This document shows positions 23,660-37,163 of a DNA stretch of 64,000 nucleotides, piece by piece. Both the position numbers and the translations under genes were made by a program. Origin of the DNA: Geosiphon pyriformis uo1 (Eukaryota > Fungi > Glomeromycota). The stretch lies in NCBI GenBank assembly GCA_016748015.1, contig JAAOMT010000219.1, positions 355,045-419,044 on the forward strand, written 5' to 3'. Below the pieces are notes generated by a model. The model worked only from the letters and a program-made list of their open reading frames with translations. It searched no databases and was not told the DNA's origin. Each line of letters starts with the position of its first letter. Within the stretch, counting starts at the first letter, position 1.

Positions 23660-23960
23660 TATATTGATTTTTTTTTTAATACAAATTCTTTAATTTTTTT
23701 AGCAGTTATTTCTAATTTTTTTTGTTTTTATTAATACTAGTTTAATTATTTTAACCAAAAACAAAAATATAATCTGTGTTATTTTTTTTTAATTCTATTT
23801 TATAAGTTTTATTTAAATTATTTTATAATATAATAACAATATTTTTTATATATCTAATATTAATTCTTTTTTCTTTTATAGTAATCTCTTTTTTAGCTAA
23901 GTTAGACTTAAATACTAACTGAATTATAATAATTGTTGAAATTTTTAATTTTTTTTTAAA
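23660..23960 (-). pseudogene. dut: Relic dUTPase of element E
   Basis: My translation IQLVFKSNLAKKEITIKEKRINIRYIKNIVIIL*NNLNKTYKIE...ITQIIFL aligns in register with element-B VQMASRSSFAKKGISIQEGVIDSGYTGNLMVLLQNNSEKPYTIE...IAQAIFL. Confidence 0.75.
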
Positions 23961-25512
23961 CATAACTTAATTATTAGATTATAGTTTTATTTTTTTTGCT
24001 ACAATTATTTCAAGTTTAATAGTTACTGTTTATAATAATTTGACTATATTGTTAACTTTCTGTTTTAATTTATTAATTTTAGTTTTTTATAACTGGTTTA
24101 CTACTTTATTCTGTTTATTTTTTTTTGTAAATTTATGAACTAAAATTTTAAGATTTGTATTAATTTACATAGTTTTGGCTAATATGTGATTTAATTACAG
24201 CCATTTTAACATAAAAATTTTCTTCAAAGTCTTTAATAGATTTTTTAGGTATATTTTTTTGATATAAAGTTTGGTTAATTTTATGTTATTGATAATATTT
24301 ATAGTGTATTTTTTTTTAAGTAGAATTGGATATTTGGTTATTAAATTTTTTATCCAATAGCAAAATAAGCTTGTAAATATTAGTATTATAGTTAGTTTTA
24401 TTATTAAATCTAATATAAATACAGTTTATTTATATATAATTTCAGAATAATATTTAAATAGTAAACAATACAATTTAATTAATTTAGTTTTCTAGGTTTT
24501 TTTTGTTTAATAATTTTCTAGATTTTTATTATTAGATAAATTTTTTTTTTTTTTTTTTTACGAGTGTAAATTTTAATTGTATTTTTTTTAACTATAATTA
24601 ATTATTGGTTTATAGCTTTAAATGTTTTATTTTATATATTAAATTTTACTACTAATAAATTTGAATTTTTTTATAATTGTATTTATCTCTTTGGCTAAAA
24701 TATTCAATAAAATATTTTTTACTAAAATCTTCTTTTAATCAGATATTTAATTAAAAATACTATTAGTTATTATCAAAAATAATTTATTATTATTATTAAT
24801 TAAAATTTTTTTAGCTTGATTTTTTCCAGCAATCTAAAAAAATTCATCCAAATTTCTTGGTTTTTTATTATTATTGCTTCCAAAAAGTGGCTAAAAAATT
24901 ATAAATTTACTTTATTTTTTTTAATATGTTTAATATCTGTATAAAAAACACATATTTTTTGGTTTTATAAACTATTGTTTTTCAACTTTTATTTTGGTTT
25001 GACTTTATTAGTACAGATTTTTTGTCAAGTAATTTACTTTTATATTAATTTAAATTAAGACTTGTAATTCTATTGGAAAATCTTAATTTAGAATTTTTTA
25101 TGTTTTTTATATAATATTTAAAATTTGTAAAATTATTATTTATAACAAATGAATTTTTCATATTTATTATATTCAAAAGTTTAAAATTATACTTTCTTAA
25201 AACAGTCTTTATTTGTACAGTTTTGTTAAATATTTTTTAAATAACTTTAATTAATTAATTAATTTTTTAAGAACTTTAAGATGTTTTTTTATTTATCTAA
25301 ATTTTTATTTAAAATTTATTATTATTTTTTCTTCTATTAAGCATTGGTTACAAAATAAAATTACTGGTATGTTTTTTTTAATAATCTGATTGAATCTTGT
25401 AATTAAGTTTTTTATACTTATTTTCTAATATATCTGTATTTTTATTTTATTTTACTAGTTATAATTGGTAAAAAATTAACAAATTGTTTATGTAAAACTG
25501 TTTTTTTTATAT

Positions 25513-27030
25513 TATTACAAATTAGAATAACAAATTAATAAATAGCAAAAAAAAACAAAATTATATGATAATAAAATTAATCAAAAAAAATTTAATTTTA
25601 AAGAATAAATTAAATTAATATAAATTTAATATGGAAAATTAAGCTTATAAATATTTTAGCTATTAATATTTTCAAAAGATAATGAAAAAATCTAAAAGTA
25701 AAGAAATAATTTATATTATTAACAAAAAATAATATATTAATATAATTTTATGTCTTATATTAAGTATTAATTATGTTCTTTAGTAATATTTATTCAATAA
25801 TATTTAAGACTAATAATTATATAAAAATACTAATAACTAATTTTTTATCTATAAATATTCAAATACTTGAAAAAATTATAAAAGAAAAATAAGTAATATA
25901 GAAGAATTAAATATTTAAAATTGATATTTTATTACTTAATATCTTGTATTTTTAATATTTTTTTAATATGTTTTTCTATAATTAAGAAACTTATTATTTA
26001 TATAGCTATTCAAAATAGTTAATGATCAAATTAATAATTAAATCAATAATTAAATCAATAATTAAGTTAACAATTAAATTAATAATTAGATTATTAATTA
26101 CTATTTAAAAATAAAATGGCTAATTATGTAATATTAATAACTAATACATATTATAATTAATAAAAACTGTAATTTTCAATTGTAATATTATTTTTTTTTA
26201 AAAAGATTTAACTCTAGCAAAATTAAATTATTTATAAAATATTTTAATTAAAAAGTTTTATTTAATTCAAAATTAATTAATTTAGTAAATTTTTTTGCTA
26301 AAATATAAAAATTTTGGCTTTTTTAATAATATTTAAAACTCTTAAAACATTTAATTATATAATGCCACTTGTATTTTTAAAGTTGTTTTTTTAAGAGCTT
26401 TATGTTTTCTATAATTTTATTAAATTAACTATAGATAAATTTTTGTTTATAAATAAGATTTTTTTAATTATTTTTTAAGTATATTGAAAAATAATAATAT
26501 AGTTAATGCTATATATTTATACATATATTTATTTATTTTATTACCAGTTTTTTTTTAATAATAGTTTTTTTGGTTTAATAATAATATGTATTCTATTATT
26601 ATTAGTTATAATAATTTGTTTTTTAATAGTTAAAATAGTATTTGGATAATTTTTAGTTTAATATTTATGAAAAATATAAAAAGCATTTTAAATGTTTTAA
26701 TTCAAAAAATAATTGTTTATGTTAATTAAAGATACTTCTGTTTTGGAAATAATTTATTTATTTATAACTGATTTTTATTAATAAGTTAAATTAATATTAC
26801 TACAACAAATAATTAATCAGATTGTTTGTAATATTTTTAAGTTATGTATTATATATAAACTAATTATTAAAGATTATTCTATATTAATCTTGTAAGATAT
26901 AAAAATTATTGTTTAAAATTTTGTTGATTATAAAAAATAAAAATAAAAAACTTTTTTTTTTGACTATTATTACATAATTTATTATATTTTAAATTTAAAA
27001 ATTTAAGTTTTTTGTAAAACATTTTTAATA
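25513..27030 (-). mobile_element. Eroded family-A 3' end: LTR 25513-26187, PPT, ORF3 and integrase tail
   Basis: Colinear with 62418-64000 after G/C->A/T changes. Confidence 0.75.
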
Positions 27031-27358
27031 ATATTAATATTATTACAACAGACTTAAAAGTATTTAATAACAATATTAACAGAAAAATAACAACAATATT
27101 AACAGAAAAGTAACAATAATTATATATAAAAATACAAATAAAGAGACTATTAATTCTAAAAAACAAGTGGAAAAAAATATTATTTTTACTTCAAGTAAAG
27201 AAAAAAATAATACAATTGTACTAAAATAATTAAAAATATATTAGTAAAGATTACAAGATTTATAATATTAGCATTTAGGTTTAAATTTAGTAATAAAACA
27301 ATTGAAAATATAAGCACAAATAGTGAAAATAATACATTTTTCAAAATTATTAACACAT

Positions 27359-28077
27359 TATTATAAGTTGAAATAACAAGTTAACAAATAACAAAATAAA
27401 ACAAAATTGTATAGTAATAAAAATAATCAAAAAAAAATTTAACTTTAAAGAATAAATTAAATTAGTATAGATTTAATATGTAAGATCAGTTTTATAAATA
27501 TCTCAATTATTTTTTTTTTAAAGATAACAAAAAAATTTGAAGATAGAAAAATAATCTGTATTATTAACAAAAAATAACACATTAATATAATTTTATGTCT
27601 TATGTTAGTAGTTTTAAAATTTAATATTAAATATTGATTGTATTTTTTAATAATATTTATTCAATAATTTTCAAAATTAACAATTACAGATAAATATCAA
27701 CAAATAATTTTTTATCATAAAAATGTTTAAATACTTAAAAAAAATTAGAAAAAAAAATAAGTAAATTGAAAAAAATTAGATATTTAGAAATAATTTTTAT
27801 TACTTTAATTTATATATGTTTTATATATAAAAACATATTTTTCTAAAACTAAAAAATATATTACTTATATAGCTATTCAAAATAGTTAACAATTAAATTA
27901 GTAATTAGATTAATAATTAGTTATTAATTAAATTAATGATTAAATTAACAGTTAGATCAATAATCAGATTATTAATTAGATTATTGATTATTTTTTAAAA
28001 ATAAGATGGTTAACTATATAATATTAATAACTAATACATGTAATAATTAATAAAAATTATAGTTTTTAACTATAATA
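27359..28077 (-). repeat. Eroded family-A solo LTR
   Basis: Colinear with the family-A LTR; flanks acat / atat fit a 4-bp TSD with one C->T. Confidence 0.72.
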
Positions 28078-28469
28078 ATATTAAAAAACACAATCTATAA
28101 TAGTATTTTAAACTTATTTTAAACTGAATAATAAAAATTATTTTTTTTAATTTGTATTAGTATTTATTTTACAATTTTTTATAATATACTAATATTTTTT
28201 TTTTATAAAAACCATATAACAAAAAAGCCTTAAAAATAGCCACTTATAATTTGAAACTTGTACTTAGTATTATATTAGTTAACAACTATAATTTTTTCAA
28301 AATTATTAAATTATTCAATTGAATTTTGTATATTGTTTTTTATTTTAAAGTAGTTTATATATCTTAAAAAATAACCAAAATATTTGTTTATATTAAGTTA
28401 GCTATTGATTTTAGAATAGCTGTTTTATAGAAAACTCTAATTTATTTAAAAAAAATTAAGAATAAAAGC

Positions 28470-31400
28470 AAATTAGTAGTTTTTTTCTTCTGTTTCAAAA
28501 AAATTTTCAATTAATTAATAAACAACTATTTAAATATAAATTTAATAATTCAAATATTCGAAATTAAAAGACAATTATTCAAAAGTTATAAAATATAAAA
28601 GCTAATTAATGTTGTTGTTTCTTTTTTTTAAAAAATTCTCAAAATAAGCTTGATTAAAAAATAAGTAATAAAAAAAGTATAAATTTTAACTAAATTTTTG
28701 TTTAAAACCTAATTTCAAAAGTCTTAAAATTGTTTATTAAATTGGTTTTTAATAGAGAAAAAAATTAAGCAAAAAGACAAAAGATTGAATTTAATAAAAT
28801 TTAAATTATTTTTGTTGTGTACTTTAAAGTGTTTTTCTAATTGTTATAATTTTTTTTATTTTTATTTTAACAAGTACAGCTCAACTGTTATTTAATGTAC
28901 AAAACCAAAATTAAGAGTTTCAACTAAATTTAGCTTACATTTTTTTCACATGTAACCAGCTACTTAGGTCAATTAAAACAATATTACACTTTTATATAAA
29001 CAAATACTTTGTTACTTAAATCTAAAAAAAACAAACAAAACTTACAAAAACCAAAACTAATATTAAATAATTTCTTAATACCAAGCAATTTAATTATCTT
29101 ATCTGACAAACCAAAAACAAATACATGAGACTTATTAAGTACCAATTTATTGTTACTGACCAAACTACTTCTTTTTATGTCTATCTTATACTTAGATTTA
29201 AAATTCTATAACTTAAAACAATAATACTTAACCAATTTGTACACAAAATTAACCAATAATCAACCAGTTTTTTTTTTTATTATCAAACACTGATACAAAC
29301 TTAGCAAACTACATTTTTAGCATAAAACTCTTATAAAAAATTGCATATAACCCAATATCTAAAAAACAAGAAAAAAAATCTTAAAACTATAAAAAATATT
29401 AAAGTATAAAAATCTACCAGAAATTTTCAAAGTTTAATGTGATCAAACACAATTTTTTGTAAGAATTCATCTCTTTTGAACATATAAATATATGATTAAA
29501 AAACTCAATTTTTTCACAAAAGAAATATAAAACACCAAAGTATTTTTAATTATAAAGTTTTTTTCTAATAGCAATCAGCAATTTTTTATAAACTGTTTTC
29601 ATAAAATATATGTACAGATCTGTTAAAAATTTGTTAATAAAACCCAAAAAATAAAAAAATTAAAATGCTATACTTCAACAATCTAAGACTAATTAATATT
29701 TTAAACAAATAAATTATTAATAATACTTAAATCAAGACTGGTTTTCTAATAATACAATTTATAATTTTGTATATATTACAAACAAAATACTAAGCATTAT
29801 CAAATATTGCCAAACCACTGGCCACCAAAAATTGTTTGTGAATATTATTAAACAGAAACAAAAAAATGCATGGTCTTATCTATTAAAACATTTATATAAA
29901 TATTACTAGAAATTTTCAAGTGTTTTTTAACTTTTAATCACATTATTAAAAAATTTTTATCACTAATCAAGTTTACAATATGTCTTTTCTTAATTTAATA
30001 CTGGTTGTAAAAGTTAAATATTAGTAATTCCAACTCTGAAACACAAATATCTATAACAGTTTAATTATTTAAATATACAATTATAATATAAAAAAAAATC
30101 ACATATTTCAAAGACAAAACAACAGCTTATAATTTAGTTAATATTAAAGACAACAATTCATAAACTCAGATTTCAATTCTTATATTCATATTAAAAAAAT
30201 ACACAACAGTCTTATTTATAACTTTCAAAAAACTTAATTTTTTTAGAAAACTATTTATATATACTCTAATTGAATCAAATTAAACTTTATATAAACATTT
30301 TTGCAAAGTCAAAAATTTATTTAATATTAAAACATTGCTGTTTAACAAAGCAGAAACCAAGCTAAAAAAGACTAATCCAAGACCATTATTAAGCAGAAAT
30401 TTTATTGTTAACCTATATTAAAAAAGTACAAATCTTCTTGAATCTAGTTTTTTTTATCAATAAAATATTATTTAATCTATTATTTTGTTTTGTTTATTTA
30501 AAAATCTATTAACAAAAACCATTTCAAATCTTTTTAAAAAATTAACTTTATTAAAATACAAAAAATTGTCTAATATTTTTAATATTAGAAGTCTGTCAAA
30601 ACTACAAAATACAATAAGTAATTTATTTGCCAAAAAAATACTATTAAGCAAAAAAATTTGCACTATTTTAGCCAAAAAGTTATTAAATAAATTAATCTAC
30701 AGCTTAATCAAATATTGTAAAGAATTCAATTTGTGATCAAAAAGTTTATTAAGAATACTAATAGTATTTAAAAAAACTATTATTAAAATAATTTTAAATT
30801 CGGTTTGAACTTGTTTAAATGTTTTCAAGTCATATAACAAAAAATAATACAAAGTTTTATTAGAAAAATTCCAAGATAATTAGTTGTTATAATAGATATA
30901 AATAATTATTCATATAATAAAAAATAAAAAAAATTTTAACAATTTTACAGAAAACACTATTTTATATTATAAATTAAAATAACAAATTAACAAATAGCAA
31001 AATAAAACAGAATTACATGATAATAAAATTAATTAAAGAGAAATTTAACTTTAAAGAACAATTTAAATTAATATAAATTCAATATATAAGATTAGTTTTA
31101 TAAACATCTTAGTTGCTATTCTTTTTAAAAAGTAATAAAAAAATTTAAATAATCCATTTTGTTAATAAAAAATAATACACTAATATAATTCTATGTTTTA
31201 TGTTATTGTTTTTAAAATTTAAAATTAAATATTAATTAATATTTTCAATAATATTTATTTAATAATTTTTAAAACTAACAGTTAAGTATAAATATTAAGA
31301 AGTAATTTTTTATTTACAGATATTTAAATACTTAAAAAAAATTAGAAAAAAGAAATAAAAAAATTAGAAAAAATTAAATATTTTTAAAATAATTTTTATT

Positions 31401-31538
31401 AATATTATTTATATATATAAAATATGCTTTTCTATAACTAAGAAATTTATTACTTATATAGCTATTTAAAATAATCAATAATCAAATTAACAATTAAGTC
31501 AATAATTAAATTATTAATTAAGTAAATAATTAAATAAT
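28470..31538 (-). mobile_element. Eroded family-A 5' end (gag N-terminus, PBS, 5' LTR 30965-31538 continuing at 47993-~48060), interrupted by two LINEs
   Basis: 28470-28850 and 30881-30964 match the reverse complement of 8928-9390; the LTR resumes after the second LINE. Confidence 0.72.
28851..30880 (-). mobile_element. 5'-truncated, eroded LINE (RNase H region plus 3' tail)
   Basis: Poly-T at the left end, conserved tail (tcacatgtaaccagctactt), colinear with 55000-57000. TSD taattgttataat (28838-50) / tagttgttataat (30881-93). Confidence 0.75.
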
Positions 31539-34500
31539 TTTTTTTATTAGAAATTTATGAGTGCAGTCCAAACACTATTTAAATACATAAAATCAAACAA
31601 GATTCTAAATTAAATGTGGCTTATGTTTTTTCTACACATAACTGGACACTTGGCTTGGTCAAGACAGTACTATGTACTTATAAGATCTATTAAAGGAATA
31701 CTGTCCAAGAAACTGAAGCCCAAACCAATGACACAAACCAAAACACATATAAATGCCCAACCTAATATTAAAGCTGTAACTGACTTCAACAGTCCAAACG
31801 TCTGACAAACTAGCAACCAATAGCACAGTAGATTTATTATATGGTAAGAGATTGTGTTTCTTATAGAAGGTCTTCAACTTAGTAACAGGCAACAAAATAT
31901 TAAACCTATGACTTTCAGCAAGACTGTGAACCAACTTGACAATTAAACTGCCACCAAAATCAGAGCCAAGGCACAGAATAGCATCAACTATCCAGCTTTT
32001 TAGCACAAATCTCTTGGCCAATAATATGTACAAATTACCAGATAATTCAGTCTTATGCAGTGATTGTACAATCTTACTTCCCACAGCAGAATCACCAGCC
32101 AGCTCATACCACTCTGTACTAATAGATACTAACAAATCTTTTCTGGTATTGTTATTATGTGTACATAAAAACAAATAATCAGAGTCCTCAGCCATTCCAT
32201 ACCTAATGCAAGCCATGCTAAAATATTTAGGATTATACAATCTCTTCTTTATAGCAACTAGCAGATGACAATACAAAGTCTTCATAAGGTAGGACTGCAA
32301 AGAGACTAAAGATGAACTGGTAAAACTGGAGTGAATTTTATCATTAGAATGCCAAATACCAAAAAACTTGACTGCATCAATCTTGCTAGCAACACCAACA
32401 TCTATAATGCCAGCACTACACTTGGATTCCCAACTGACAAAATTGATAGTGTTAAACAAACTTCTAGTAAAATGGTATGCATTACCAAAGACAGATCTGT
32501 TCTCAACTCTAAAGAAGCAATATGATATACTTAAGGGCAGTGTAGACTTAGAAAAAACTGCTGCATTAGCAAAAAAATCTGCCTGCTCATTCTCAATAAT
32601 GTTTGAATGTTTTTTGACCTTTTTTTATGTGACTAACAATTTCTTCTTTGAAATAATTTGACAAATATGCTCTTTTTCTATTCAGCATTTATAGCAAAAA
32701 TCAGAACCAGACATATCCTCATCAAATTTACATATATTTAGTAATGTCTAATTGTCAGTAAACAAAGTGATTATGCTAGAAATAAGTACACATTTCAATG
32801 CTAAAATGATGGCTTGCAGCTTCATCAGTATAGAAGATAGTAAACCAAGAACTTTCATGTCAACACTTACATCAGCATTCAGAAAATAAGCTGCAGTGCC
32901 ACCACAGACACTAATTAACTCCAAACTTCTAACAGAACCATCAGTGTAAACATCAATGGAGCCATGCTTGAAGGCAAGCAAATGCTTAGAAACAAAACCA
33001 ATATCACAAAAGATTTTAGTAGAAGCCAAACAAGACACCACAGCCATGCCATTGTCTTAAACACTACTTCTAACAAAATCAGTAATGGAGACAAACCAAG
33101 TAGAAATTGGATCTTTAAAGTCAAGCTTCTTCTATCTGCAAAAAGTGTTCCAAATGAAGCACATGTTATAATAGTCTAAAAGTTGGTTAGCAAAAATAAG
33201 GCCATATTTACTAAAAGAAATTCTTACACCCAGATAACCATCTAGGCCCAATACATCCAAAATTAATACATCAGTCCCAGTCTGAAAAACATCAAAAAAA
33301 GCACCACCTAAGGAAGTATTGCACAAAATGAGAACACTTGTAGCACTAGCTAAAAAACAATTCAAAAAATTAATGAGTAATGTGACCAGAAAACAGAGAG
33401 GGTGTCAAGACATCCAGCTGGCTGCCTGTAAGTCTATTGCTTTGTGGTCAAAAAACCTGTTGAGAGTTCAATCAGCATTACTAAAATTGACCAAATTGAC
33501 TATCAAATTTTTAGTAAATACTTGCTCAAAAGGCTTTATGCCATATAACTCAAGATAATGTAGCACTACACTAGAAAAGTTCCTAGGCAGATTAATCTTG
33601 AACTTAAGTCCCTTTCTCAATGATTTGTTTCATTTATTACAAATATTCTTAAAGACAAAGCTAAATTAAAGTCTATAACAAACAATAGGCTGCAAAACAG
33701 CAGAAACCAAATACAAAAGCTGCTTCTTAGTGATGGCCTTCCTTAAAACCATATTTGAAAAAAATTTGACATCAATATGAACTTTGGCTAAACTTGGCTT
33801 GAACAAATCTTCAGTTAACAAAAAAATTTCCAAATAATGATGAGATTTGTCTCTCTTAGTCACAGAAATTTTCGACCTGCTAATGAACAGTTCAATTTTC
33901 CAGACACCTTAGTTGATAGGGATAGCAACAGTTTTCTTAGTATTTATTGAAATATCATTTATAAAAAAAAATTCACTGGCTATATTTAAGATGTTTTGTA
34001 TTACTATTAAACAGTTTTTAATCCAAATTGTATTGTCAACAAAGACACCTGCAGCAAAAAACAAAGTCCTGTTATTGTTTGGGTCAGGTCTGCCAAACTT
34101 AGTATAAAACTTCAAACACATCTTGTAGCCATACAATTGTTCATGTTTCTTGACCTCACAAAGCAATAGATCATAGAAAATTTGCCATAGTAATGGTAAA
34201 AACACTTCCTTTTAATCTAAATCATCATGCACAACATAACCATCAGACAAACCAAAATCTATTATTACTTAATTGAACCTGTTATTGTGTATATTTCTAA
34301 TAAAGTTTATAAAATGGAAATGCATTTTGATCCTGGTTAAATTATTGAGCAAATAAGACTACTCTACAGAATCATAAGTCTTGTGCATATCCTGGAAAAC
34401 CAATTATAACTCCCTGTTTTTTTCTAAAGTGTTTTTGATAATTGAGCCAACAGCAAAAATAGAAAATTGTGTAGAAGTGCCCTTTAACACTGAAAAATTG

Positions 34501-36291
34501 TTATCACACAAAACTTCAAATCTGCTGCAAGCCAGAGAAATTCTGTCTGAAAGAATCTTAGACAAGATTTTTTAAGCAGTTTCAATCATCACAATTGGCC
34601 TAGTATTGGTAAAAATACCCTCCTAATTGTATGGTTTAAGAATCATGGAAACCCAAGATCTCCTCTAATGCACAAAAACTGCTTCAGATTTTAAACAACT
34701 GTTGAAAATACACAAAAAACCATTGAGAACAAGAGAACTACCATGTTTTTAAAGTTTATTGAAGATGCCAGAAAGCCCAGCAGTCTTCCCATCTAACAAG
34801 TTTTTAACAATCTGGAGAAGTTCATCCATACTAACATTGTACATAACCCCTAAAAAAGTATTATTATTAATATAACTTAAGGAAGCATATTAATCAAACC
34901 AATAACCTGATAGAACATTAGAAACCAAATGCTTTTTTATCCAACTTTTTATGATTGTATCAATCAAAAACTTAACAGTCTGAGGCTCCAAGATAAGCTC
35001 ATCATTAATGATTAAATAATCAAGAACCACCTTCCTAAAAGGTCAATCCAAAATGCTTTTAATCATCCTACTCTTATCCAAACAAAAATTTTCCATGTAT
35101 CTTTCTACAGCCTTCCTAATAGAACTATCTCTGGTAACTTTAAACTCATAATATTTGGACTTGCAGTAATTTTTCTTGACACCTGAGATGTGATGTAAAA
35201 TATTTTCAACCTTAGCACTTCTATTGATTATTAAATGAATTTTAGATGCATTTTTTTCATCTATGTCTACTTAAGTACCAACAAAGTAATCAGTTTCCAA
35301 ACTTAGACCTGAATTTATACTATTAACAATCTTAGGCATCAAAAGCTCTAACCTATGAAATTTAGAAAAAAACTTGTTTTTTATACAATCAACCTCACTG
35401 AACCAGATTTTAGAAAAAATTTCATTAGTGAAATTAACTATTACCTCTTTGAGAATATCCTACATAGTGTTTAAATCACCACTATGTTTTGTATCATGAA
35501 ATACCTCTGACTCCTTTAAAAATTTGTCTGAAAAATACTTTATAAAACATTTCCACTTATCAACACTCACATCTTTTAATTTAAACTTCCAATAATTCTT
35601 ATTAGCTGTTTGCATATGTTCTCTAATTAAACATTCAAAAGACCATCCAAGCCAACTAAAACTAAGACAGCTTTGTGATCCATATCAAAAAACTCAGACA
35701 CAAATTCAACCTTGTGATTGGCTACAATTGAGATTAGGCTTTCATTAACAAAAACATGATCAATAACTTTTTCAATACTTTTAGAGTTGCTCTACATAGA
35801 AACACCAGCCAAAGGGTGTCCACCAAAAGAATTGACCAAACTCAGGCCTGAACAGAATCCAAAACTTGTATTCTTCTTAGATTCACTCTTATTAAAATCA
35901 CTGCTTAAAATGACAAAACTACTAGAGTTGACCACCCAAGCTATGAAGAAATTAATTCCTAAAGTCTGGTCAAATCTGTCATCAAAAGAAGTGCTAGCAT
36001 ACAAACTGATAATCAAAACTAAAACCTTGCCTTTGAAAAGAAGACACACTGAAATAACATAACCAAAAACCTTTTCCACCTTAAAAACATGTTAAGCAAG
36101 TAAATTGTCTATAATTATTGCTATTCCAGTCCCAAAAAAGCCAATGTCCAGCCCAAATGTGAAAACACACACATAATCGAATTTGTTCATAATTTATGGC
36201 CTAATACTAGACTTTAACTTTGTTTTTGTAACTATAAATATCATTTTCTCCAATTTTTTGTGTCAATAAACAATGTTATTCTGCTTAGCAA

Positions 36292-36646
36292 TATTACAGA
36301 TAATTATTTGGGGTTTCAAAGCAAATAACAAACCCATAATTTGATGCTTAATTGATATAATGATATTGGTTTCTGAAGGTTTTCATGATTTGAAGGTATT
36401 GGTTGAGTTCTTTGTATAATAGACAGAGATCTACTATGGTTGGTTTTGGTTGATCTTTTAAGTCATTTTCCTAATTTCTGTCTTCAGCATAGTGGCTGGT
36501 TTAATCTGGCAATTGTGCTCTTCTGGTAAGCTATCTGTTAATATATATAATTCTACTCTTATTTTTGGATCTTTTACCAGGCTATCTGTAATGTCAATAA
36601 CTCAGTGCTTTAATCCTTTAATTAATTAGTATATAACAACCAAAAG

Positions 36647-36691
<45 letters not shown>

Positions 36692-37163
36692 AGTTAAGTT
36701 AAGGCAATTAAGTTAGTATCTCATCAATAACCATGATTAAGAGCTATTGTTCCAGTATAATTAAGTATCAATTACTATTAACATGAAGTGTTGATAGTAG
36801 AAAATAGATTAAGATAGTGAATAATTATTTATTAATATTTGGGAATAGAAAGATTGTTTAAATCAAATTTAAACTGAGAGATTTGTCTTTTCTACTTCTA
36901 ATATTACCACTATATATACATAATTGAGATTTCTCAATTCCTCAATTCTTCACACCAGGAATCCTAGAATTCTTGAAATTCTGCAATTCCTTTGAGAAAA
37001 ATCCTGGAATTCTGAAATTCTGCAATTTTTTGTATAAGAATCCTGAAATTCCTAGAATCCTGCAATTCTTCTAAAAGGAATCCTAAAATTTCATATTTTA
37101 CTATGTTTATCTTTGATTAGCTAATTTATGTGCTAATATATTTTCTATATTTTATGAGTAACA
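36292..37163 (-). repeat. Solo LTR, family C (872 bp), inserted in the LINE endonuclease start
   Basis: Termini tattaca...gtaaca; TSD gcaa/gcag; LINE sequence rejoins across it. Repeat array at 36930-37090 lies upstream of a TATA on the minus strand. Confidence 0.85.

Larger units (their letters stand above)
19491..25512 (-). mobile_element. Very old, AT-eroded Ty3/Gypsy (family E, related to B): gag/PR relic, dUTPase, RT, RNase H, integrase
   Basis: RT fragment 21074-21322 (KYFFEKTELKFLEYII...KIEKVKNF). Integrase remnants at 19500-20550, dUTPase relic at ~23660-23960. Outer limits approximate. Confidence 0.7.

Noticed and set aside
36643-36689. Long A-run as a retroposon poly(A) tail
   Set aside because: It corresponds to the T-rich tract inside the family-C LTR (seen at ~65-120 with interspersed C/G), homogenised by decay or slippage.
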